Source: Candidatus Thorarchaeota archaeon
GTDB lineage: Archaea; Asgardarchaeota; Thorarchaeia; Thorarchaeales; Thorarchaeaceae
DNA: 64,000 bases
Assembly: GCA_019057475.1 (NCBI GenBank)
Contig: DXJO01000041.1
Span: forward strand, 7,284 to 71,283
Reading direction: 5' to 3'
Numbering within the stretch: the stretch's first letter is position 1; every line of letters begins with the position of its first letter. The notes beneath the pieces were generated by a model. It was not told the origin of the DNA. It made no database searches and saw nothing but the letters and a program-made list of their open reading frames with translations. Below are positions 18,568 to 27,100 of this stretch, in pieces. Made by a program: the position numbers and the translations under genes.

Positions 18568-19953
18568 TTACCGCTTGTACGTGTCTTCAAGAGCCTTATC
18601 CCATTCGTCGTGTTCTTCTTCGGTCTTGCGCCTTTTCTTGGCCTTCTTGCGCGCCCTTCGAGATTTGACCGCGGCTTTCTTTTTCTTCTTCAGCTCTTCG
18701 CGACGTTTCTTGATTGCTTCCTTCTCTTCCTTGGTCAGCTCCACTACTTCTACCTCTTCCCGCTGTGAGAACCACCCTATTATCACAGAAACAAAGACGA
18801 AAAGCAATGAGATAGGCAGAAGGAAGATTAGTATGAACTCTAGTTCGAGAAGCTCTGCACTGTATTCAACTCCTGGAGGGAGATTGAGCATAGAAACAAA
18901 CAATGCAGGACTCATCATCAAGAATGAGATAGCCACTACGCCTAAGAAACGCATTGCCGATCCTGTGATGGTCGAGCCAATCACATAACTCTCTGATGGT
19001 GCCGCAGCCTTAGCTGTGAGCTCTTCTCTTGCATTGGGATTGCTCAGGAGTAGATCATTAACAAAGTGTTGGAGACGACGCACATCACTCACGGCATCAA
19101 GATTTTCAAGAGCCTCAGTACTCCCGAACATTTTCCGCTCAATCGCCTCTCTAAGAAATGAGAATGCTGTTGCACCGGAGGCACGGCTCATCGCTGTTGT
19201 CCTGACCTTCTCGCCACGCTCAATAGCATCCTGTTTCCGAGTGGCTTGGCGAAGCGCCAAGAGCTGTGTCTTGAGAGTTTCCTCCCGATCTTCTACCGGC
19301 TTACCTACCGAATGACTATAGATCATCTGATAGCTAAACTCCAGATAGGCGAAGGAAACAAGTGCCAGAATCTGTGGAGAACTCGTGAGAAACGTAGTGA
19401 TATCAGTCGGAAAGATTGTGAAGTTGGGAACCGTCAGACCTCTGAAGGCACCAATAATTAGAATGGATTGAATTGAAAGAAAAGCGCCGCCAGAGAACTT
19501 GTGATCCATTCTTACAAGTGATTGTAGAAACAGGGCAACACCAAGACCTGCTAGCAGGAAGAAGAGGAAGCTGAATGTATTGTCCCAGAGAGACAGCATA
19601 ACACCAATCAGGTCCATTTGGAAGCTCTCGAACACCAGATTGACGTCTGAGATGGGACCATCTACTCCATAGGGCTGCAAATTCCAGAATTTCAGAACCA
19701 GTGTATTGTACAACCAAGCAATCGTTTGGTCTGGTAATTGGCCTCCGAAGATCGCTGCTGTCAGCCCGTTCATTATCAGAACTGATAGGAAGAAAGCAAG
19801 CAATGAGAGAAGATGAAATACCGTAACCACAAAGTCGTATGGAGCACTCCAACCCCATGCGCTTGACTCATCCAAGGCCAAATAGACTAGGTAAGCCATG
19901 TATGCGAAAGTGGCAGTTGAGAGGATGCGCAAAATCCAAGTGACCATCTTCAA
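18568..19953 (-). CDS. Polytopic membrane protein with a highly basic Lys/Arg/Glu-rich C-terminal tail; function unknown
   Basis: 461 aa, many TM helices. Tail 'KEEKEAIKKRREELKKKKKAAVKSRRARKKAKKRRKTEEEHDEWDKALEDTYKR'. Confidence 0.35.
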   Translation of the reverse strand: MKMVTWILRILSTATFAYMAYLVYLALDESSAWGWSAPYDFVVTVFHLLSLLAFFLSVLIMNGLTAAIFGGQLPDQTIAWLYNTLVLKFWNLQPYGVDGPISDVNLVFESFQMDLIGVMLSLWDNTFSFLFFLLAGLGVALFLQSLVRMDHKFSGGAFLSIQSILIIGAFRGLTVPNFTIFPTDITTFLTSSPQILALVSFAYLEFSYQMIYSHSVGKPVEDREETLKTQLLALRQATRKQDAIERGEKVRTTAMSRASGATAFSFLREAIERKMFGSTEALENLDAVSDVRRLQHFVNDLLLSNPNAREELTAKAAAPSESYVIGSTITGSAMRFLGVVAISFLMMSPALFVSMLNLPPGVEYSAELLELEFILIFLLPISLLFVFVSVIIGWFSQREEVEVVELTKEEKEAIKKRREELKKKKKAAVKSRRARKKAKKRRKTEEEHDEWDKALEDTYKR

Positions 19954-21272
19954 AACATCGCAACCCCCATTCGCTTTGCCTCTTCATACTGTTTGATGAT
20001 GGTAGGCAAGAAATCTGCAGGCCCCACGTTGACCACGGCTATTCTAAAACGTGCCAATGCGCGTGAAATCTTGCTACGCCGCTCCCAGAGCTCCTCCGAA
20101 ACAGCCTCGGCAAGTACTTTCTCCACTGGACCAAACTGACCGACTGGAACCTCAAACCATGGACCGAACGGACTAATCACCATAGCCTTGTGACCGTTTG
20201 CAACCACAGTCTTCATGGCATTCAGTAGGGGGGCTGGACTCTCTTCAAGATCAGTCAGCCAGATGAATAATGAACGTTTTCTTGTCTGTCGGGTGACATA
20301 CTCAACTGCGGACTCGTAATCACTCCAACCACTTGGCTCAACCATCGCAAGAGATTCCAACACGCCATACATATGATTGGGATGAGTACTAGGTGGAACA
20401 TACGAATGCACGACATCTGAGAAGACACACGTGCCGACAAGATCTCTTCTCTCCATCCCCATATGCGTTAGAAGAACTGCCGCGCGAATTGCATACTCGA
20501 GCTTTGTGTTCTCGGGATAGCCATTGCCCATACTTCCGCTAGAATCAACCATGCACACAACTTGGATGTTCTTCTCCATCTCGAACTGCTTGATGACCAT
20601 GTCACCACGTTTTGCACTGCTCTTCCAATCAATCAACCTGAAGGGGTCTCCGGGCACATACTGTCGAAAGCCCGCAAAGTCAGTCCCCATACCAACAGTC
20701 TTTGTCCTATGAGATCCAAACATGAGACCAAGCTGCCTTTGCTTACCCATCGCCTCAAGACGCCTAACATCCTTCCAAGTGGGATAAACGAGAACTTCTG
20801 TTTTCTCCTTCAATACACGCTTGAAGTAATGCATCCCCAGGCGATCACGCATAATCACCTCGGTGGGACCTAGGAAGTAGCGCCCTCGCATCCGTGCCTG
20901 CAAGATGTACGAGAAAGTCATGCTGCTCCCCGGCTCTATTCGGGAAGCGATGAAATTCTCGCCTATAGCTAGAATCCAAGTTTCTGGGTAGCGGTCCCAG
21001 ACTTCAATGAAATCGAAATGCCGCCTTGACGTGTTCTTGATAGTGACTCGCACACGCAGGAAATCCCCCGAGAATACTTTCACTTTATCAATCTGGCGAT
21101 CTACCTCGATACCGGCAATGTTGGCGGCCAACGCAAAGAAGGGGAGTGTCACGACAAGCCCTACTATGAGGTAGACTCCCAACAGGGCCAAGTAGGCGTT
21201 GACGAAAACGAATCCACTCGTAAGGAGCAGGACGCCTCCGAACAGCACTACAAAGCCTCTTTGCGTGATCAC
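19950..21272 (-). CDS. DUF58 (vWA-like) protein, MoxR-associated
   Basis: N-terminal TM pair. 'VVCMVDSSGSMGNG' is a MIDAS-like vWA motif. Sits directly after a MoxR ATPase gene, the classic arrangement. Confidence 0.75.
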   Translation of the reverse strand: MITQRGFVVLFGGVLLLTSGFVFVNAYLALLGVYLIVGLVVTLPFFALAANIAGIEVDRQIDKVKVFSGDFLRVRVTIKNTSRRHFDFIEVWDRYPETWILAIGENFIASRIEPGSSMTFSYILQARMRGRYFLGPTEVIMRDRLGMHYFKRVLKEKTEVLVYPTWKDVRRLEAMGKQRQLGLMFGSHRTKTVGMGTDFAGFRQYVPGDPFRLIDWKSSAKRGDMVIKQFEMEKNIQVVCMVDSSGSMGNGYPENTKLEYAIRAAVLLTHMGMERRDLVGTCVFSDVVHSYVPPSTHPNHMYGVLESLAMVEPSGWSDYESAVEYVTRQTRKRSLFIWLTDLEESPAPLLNAMKTVVANGHKAMVISPFGPWFEVPVGQFGPVEKVLAEAVSEELWERRSKISRALARFRIAVVNVGPADFLPTIIKQYEEAKRMGVAMF

Positions 21273-21312
21273 TTCACATCGTCTCCGGCATCATGTACGT
21301 GTTTTCGTTCAT

Positions 21313-22302
21313 CTACCTTGGACAGTCTACTTCACCAAGTATCTTCGAAACGACCCGCTGGACTGTGAGTCCTTCGAGTTCAGCTTCGGGCTTCAGAATC
21401 AACCTATGATTGAGTGTTTGGACGCACAGCTTCCGTACATCTTCAGGCACAACATAATCACGATTTTGCATCGTCGCACGGCTCTTGGACGCGCTCATGA
21501 GCACCAAAGATGCGCGCGGTGAGCCACCAAGCAGTATCTGGGGGTCGTTGCGCGTACGTACAACGATGTCTCGGATGTAGTTGATGATGTCCTCCTCAAG
21601 GAAGACTGTCTTGCAGGTGTTTTGCATTGCAACGATTGTATTAGGGTCAGAAAGCACACGCAAATCAGTGGCCATCCCAATGTGCTTCCGGCGAACAACT
21701 TCAGCCTCTTCAGTATCAGTTGGATAGCCAAGTATTAATCTGAACATGAACCTGTCCAACTGTGCTTCTGGCAGCGGGTACGTGCCCTCCTGTTCTACTG
21801 GGTTTTGAGTTGCGACTATCAAGAAGGGCCTTGGTAGCTTACGCGTAACGCCCTCGATTGAAACCTGTCGCTCTTCCATCACTTCAAGCAACGCACTCTG
21901 CGATTTTGGAGGACAGCGGTTGATCTCATCAGCCAGAACCAGATTCGCGAATACGGGACCCTTGCGGTACCAAAATTCACCTGATTTCTGGTTGAAAACG
22001 TTGCTGCCCAAGAGGTCAGCAGGTAGTGTGTCAACAGTGAGCTGAATTCTCTTGAAAGCACAGCCCAGGATTGAAGCAAAGGTTCTCGCCATGTAGGTCT
22101 TCGCAATACCTGGTACCCCTTCAAGGACCACATGTCCGTTTGACAGGAATGCGACGAGCACATCCGCGAGAATGTCGGTCTTGCCGACTATAACCCGGCT
22201 GCACTCATTGATTATCTCAGTTGTCAAGTCATGGACTTCTTGGATGGTCAGCACCTGGGACACCTCCGCTTGACCTTGGTCGGTTGCATCTTTTGTTGTC
22301 AT
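21313..22302 (-). CDS. MoxR-like AAA+ ATPase
   Basis: Walker A 'LEGVPGIAKT', Walker B 'LLADEINR', sensor 'ATQNP'. About 320 aa, typical of MoxR. Confidence 0.85.
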   Translation of the reverse strand: MTTKDATDQGQAEVSQVLTIQEVHDLTTEIINECSRVIVGKTDILADVLVAFLSNGHVVLEGVPGIAKTYMARTFASILGCAFKRIQLTVDTLPADLLGSNVFNQKSGEFWYRKGPVFANLVLADEINRCPPKSQSALLEVMEERQVSIEGVTRKLPRPFLIVATQNPVEQEGTYPLPEAQLDRFMFRLILGYPTDTEEAEVVRRKHIGMATDLRVLSDPNTIVAMQNTCKTVFLEEDIINYIRDIVVRTRNDPQILLGGSPRASLVLMSASKSRATMQNRDYVVPEDVRKLCVQTLNHRLILKPEAELEGLTVQRVVSKILGEVDCPR

Positions 22303-22320
22303 GCTATTTGTTCCACCTCA

Positions 22321-23712
22321 TTATGTTACAATTAGTAGTTTTTCGATATCGCGCATCCAAAAGAATAGCGACATCATCTCACTTTCTCTGATCTTCATTC
22401 CCGGTTTTGCGGAGATTTCCTCGATTCGTCGGACTGTCTTGAAGAACTTGTCCTCTGTCAACCGGGGGTCTTTGTGTCTAGCCAGAGCCCACATCTTCTT
22501 CGGGTCATATTGGTCCCACATATGCTTCGTCTGTAATCCTCGCCGCATCTTTCTGTATATCATCTTGACTACCCGGGCGTAGTTGCCCTCAGTCCGGTAG
22601 TATGTCATCCGCTCGCTGAAGTAGGTCTGCCCTCTCCGTAGGAAAACGTCGGATACGTTCTTGACTTCGGGTTTCTTAATCTCTGGCAGATACTTCTTGA
22701 TACCAAGAGCGGTCAAAATGGGATATAGTGATGAAACGAAAGGTAAGGCACTCATCCACATTATTCTGCTTAGGAATTGACCGAACCAGAACTCCGCTGA
22801 GTTTGGAGGTACTGCGAGTAGTTGTTCGCAGAAGAGAATTGGCGTTTCAGCGTCACTGAATGAGAGCCAATCCAGAATGTTCATCCCGAACCGCTGATTT
22901 CCAGCAAATTTCTCCAGCATATCATTAGTGAATATGCTGGGGTCACTTACCGCTACAAGCCTGCCTGAACGTCCACCTGTCAAACTGGGAACTTCAAGCA
23001 CGCCCGCAACAGGAAGCCGACCTGCCCATTCGCCGGGGTCCGGATTCGGGTTTGACTGGCTTGTATTAGTTTCACACCAGGACCGTGTTGATGACCACGC
23101 CACAGCTGCAATCGGAGACCCGAGAAGGCATGTTGGACTCAGGGTCGATGCCCAGTTGAGATGCAGGTCGCTCACGCCATTCGTAACGGGATGGCCTACG
23201 AAATCGGTGATAATTGGGAATCTTGGGCTAGTATCGTAGGAGTCTAGATCAAGAAGAAGACCGCGTGTGAAGGAGAGGAATCCATCCACGCCAGCTTCTT
23301 CCAGCCGCGCACCGCCCATGATGTCAAAGAGATACTCATTGAGCCAGTAAAACGAACTGTTTGCAGTCCCAAAATCGTCCGCCACCAGGACACTGCCGCC
23401 ATTTGACAGGTGACCGAATATCGAGAAGACTGTATCTGCACTGAAGTCTCTAACAGGACCCATGATGACCAGCACTGCTGAACCATTGTATCTAGTAACA
23501 ACGCTCATGGAGGACTGTACCGCCAACACTTGATTCCCGTTTTCCTCGATCATGGATCGATATGTGCTGAGTCCATTCCATTCGGTGTTGTAGATTGAGA
23601 AGTCCTGTGTGTAAGTCCCTGAGGCGCCAGTGAGAGTACTGCCGATTAAGAATCCAGCTGGGAGCCAAACTAGAATGAACAACACGATCCAGAGACTCTC
23701 TTTCCAGCCCAT
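22321..23712 (-). CDS. DUF4350-like membrane-anchored protein (MoxR/vWA operon member)
   Basis: N-terminal TM. 'AVLVIMGPVRDFSADTVFSIFGHLSNGGSVLVADD' fits the DUF4350 pattern. Lies in the operon. Confidence 0.45.
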   Translation of the reverse strand: MGWKESLWIVLFILVWLPAGFLIGSTLTGASGTYTQDFSIYNTEWNGLSTYRSMIEENGNQVLAVQSSMSVVTRYNGSAVLVIMGPVRDFSADTVFSIFGHLSNGGSVLVADDFGTANSSFYWLNEYLFDIMGGARLEEAGVDGFLSFTRGLLLDLDSYDTSPRFPIITDFVGHPVTNGVSDLHLNWASTLSPTCLLGSPIAAVAWSSTRSWCETNTSQSNPNPDPGEWAGRLPVAGVLEVPSLTGGRSGRLVAVSDPSIFTNDMLEKFAGNQRFGMNILDWLSFSDAETPILFCEQLLAVPPNSAEFWFGQFLSRIMWMSALPFVSSLYPILTALGIKKYLPEIKKPEVKNVSDVFLRRGQTYFSERMTYYRTEGNYARVVKMIYRKMRRGLQTKHMWDQYDPKKMWALARHKDPRLTEDKFFKTVRRIEEISAKPGMKIRESEMMSLFFWMRDIEKLLIVT

Positions 23713-23729
23713 CTCAGTTCACCTATCAG

Positions 23730-24182
23730 TTACTCAAGCTTTGCCTTCACGCTCGCATCAACACGTGGATACAGATCCGTGAATGTTTTGATTGCGAACT
23801 CATAGCGCTCACGTGTCATCTCGTGATGCGAGAATCGAGCCTCCTCGTAGGTGTGCAGAAAATCTTCGACTGCCGCACCATCGATAGGGAGCTCCTTTAC
23901 CATGCGTTGCATGAACCCGTGTGCTGTTTCGGAGTTGAGTCGTTCTGCGCCCATCTTTGAGCCACACATCTGCTCGAATGTACGGTATGCTAGGGTAATA
24001 GCTGCACCGTACTTTCCCGCGTCTGCCAGCTTCTTTATGTTCCTAAGTTTGCTGGGGATATCCACCCGCTCTGATTCGACAGGGCCTTGAAACATCCCTC
24101 GCACATAGTATAGATAGAGTAGAACAACTATTATCGCGCCAGCTAGAGCGGCGATTGGAAGGATCTGGTCTAGTGTTTGCAT
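23730..24182 (-). CDS. DUF4129-like small membrane protein (partner of transglutaminase-like proteins)
   Basis: 150 aa with an N-terminal TM and an all-helical C-terminal domain. Located between DUF4350 and the TGase-like gene. Confidence 0.4.
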   Translation of the reverse strand: MQTLDQILPIAALAGAIIVVLLYLYYVRGMFQGPVESERVDIPSKLRNIKKLADAGKYGAAITLAYRTFEQMCGSKMGAERLNSETAHGFMQRMVKELPIDGAAVEDFLHTYEEARFSHHEMTRERYEFAIKTFTDLYPRVDASVKAKLE

Positions 24183-24186
24183 CCCA

Positions 24187-27100
24187 TTACCACCGTTTAC
24201 CTTTATGATGATTAAATGATATATTGAGTCTGAAACCCGGCTTGTAGGATTTTAGGAACCGGGTGTATGATCGTCTGTACCGTGCTATGACCAACAATGC
24301 GATGATGCCCTCCACAGAGATTACTAGAATCCACATGATTAACATCATCCCCGCAGGAATCTCACCAGGGCCAGATATATTGACCGTGTACTGGCCCGAG
24401 CGAACATCCGTAGTTTCGGATGACGTAATTATGATGCGGTACGTGAAAGCGCCCTCCTCTGCTGGAACCGTCGCTGTGACCGTGAATGTGCCGTCCGGGC
24501 CAGTCGTGGTCGGATTCGTTGTGGTTGTGAAATTAACTACAATCTCGATGTTGCGGTTGGCTATCGGATCCCCATTTTCGTCGATGAGTAGTCCATTGAA
24601 TGTGAAATTCTGTCCAGGAGCAACCATTGTGAGAGTGCCAGTCATGTCGAAACTAACGTTGTCTGTAAAGATATGCATCCTTTCAGATGTTTCTGCAGAA
24701 GAGGCTAGTACGCCTGTAGTGCCGGAGTACTCAACCCGTAAAGCGTAATAATCAGACGTGTCCCAAGAAACCGGCAGAGTGAATCTGAATCTGTGTTCAC
24801 TGCTGGTATTGATTGCTGCGACGCCTATTGGGGTACTCTCGAGAAGGGTGTCAAGATAGATGTTGACTACTGCCCCCGGTATTGCATTTCCAAGGTAGTC
24901 AGCAAGACTGATGATGAATGAATAGCTCTCTCCGGGCATAATATCTGGGGGGGTTGAAGGGTCAAAGCGCACCTGTAGGGCCGACTGCGTAAACAATGTG
25001 ATGATCCATGTGTCCACATTGCTGGTGACATCATAGTATCCGGGCACATTTGCGAGACTGAGTACATAATTTCCGAAAGAATAAGCGGAAGTATTAGTCC
25101 ATGTTCTGGAAAAATTGCCGTCCGATTGTGAAGTAGTTGTGAGAATACGACTGCCATCAACCAAGATGTCTAATGTAATTCCGGGAGCTGGCCCACCTCC
25201 ATTGGAAACATAGCCAGTCACTATCAAGGATTCACCAATGTTCAGGGCGGTAACTAACTGAACGTTCATGTGCAGTTCGACCGAGTCCCAAATCTCCAGA
25301 CTTTCGGGAGCGGTCTGAGCATTCTCGATTGCAGGCGTAGGTGATGAGAATAGAGCATAAATGTTGCTTGGGCCAAGCGGATATATCCAAGGTATGGAGT
25401 AGTTAACTGAGAAGCTGCCCCCACCGACAGTAGTCGCATTCCTGACCGAGACCCCAGCAAGCATAATATCTACAACATAACCCACCATGGGAGTACCATT
25501 GGCAAATGTCAGGGTGCCAGAAATAGTGACTGAAGCCCCCCTATACACTAAGCTCGGAATTGCATTCGCAGTGAGATTGACAGGAATCTGCTGAACCTGA
25601 ACTGGAATGATAAGCGATTGACCGGAACTGATGTAGGAGTCTGCCGGTGTACAGTTGGCCCACACCTGTAGTATCCCCACGGGTACCGCTTCGGTGATTT
25701 GGACCACAACCCAGAACCGTCCGCTGCCATCAGTGACTAATGACTCTATGAAGAAGTCAACGAAATCAATGCTATGGCGACCCCAGATATCAACGGCGGC
25801 AAAGGCATATGGAGTGCCATTGTCAAGGCTGAGAACACCTGAGATGTTCAAGTTCTCCGAGATGTAGACAGGATTTGGTGTTGCATCAAACGGCACCCAG
25901 ACCAAAGTATAGGCGTCAATATCAATCGGGATTGGTATTGCTGTATGATTGTCTATCCAGTTCACACTCGACAGATATCGCACAGTGACATCGTAGCTGC
26001 CCGGAGTCGTTGATTGAGGAATCGTCCAAGAGCAAGTGAAGGATCCGTCAGATGCGGTGGTGTCATTGTCAACCACTCCCACGCCCACAACAAGCATCTC
26101 TACAATGACGCCTTCAAAGGGCACACTCGACCCGTACTCCAGTGTTCCTGTAACCACCACGGTTTCGGTGAGATGGAAGACTGTGATTCCACCAGTACTA
26201 AATCCAATGAGTGTCGCCCATCGTTGAAGGGTTAATGATTCGTGAGTGGATTCAACACCCTCAATGAGCTGAGTGCCATTATAGATCCCGTAGACCTGAA
26301 CAGAGAGATCCGTGTAGTCATGCATGCCAGAGTAAGGATGACTCGCCTGACCACTCCCATCGGTAGTCACGTTCGTAATCCATGAAATCCCAGTTGAGTT
26401 TTCCCACCATAGCGAAACCACTGCACCGCTAATATTAGCACTATTGTGAGAGAAGTAGAGATGAACAGTGATTGTGACAGTTTCGTTCAGATAGACTGAA
26501 TTGACAAAGGAAACGTCCAGAGTCACAAGGTAGAGCGACAGAGTTACCGTTTCAGTTGCTGATGTGTCACTCTCCACGTACGGGTTCAGGCTTGTGTAGC
26601 TTGCCCACATCTGAATATCTTCTGCATCATCACTGATAGAGAGGTTGTAGAGGAAGCTATAGCCGCCCGTGCTGTTAGTTGTCTTCTGAAACGTGAATGT
26701 TCCAGAGCTGTTTACATAATATATAGTGATGATCTCCCCAGCAAGGGGTGTGCCATCCACAAGAGTCAGATTGCCGGAGAACACGATGACCTCGTCGAGG
26801 AAGTGAAAATCTGAGTCGGGGGTGCCAGTTAGTGTTACCTGGTACAACTGAACCGTTAGAGAAGGCGTAAGAGTTGCTGAAGCGTCGCTCTGAGTTGCTA
26901 TAGTTGAGTTCCACTCAACCCATACTGCGACCGTGCTGGTGGAGTCGCTCAGTGTTAGATTGTAGTAGAAATCGTACCAGCCTGTGGAGTTTGTTGTGGC
27001 GTTGAACAGGTATTGTGTCCCATTGTCCCAGTAGATTTGAATGGTCATGTCTACAAATGGAGACCCATCCGAACCGTTTTGGAGCCTACCCCAGATGTGC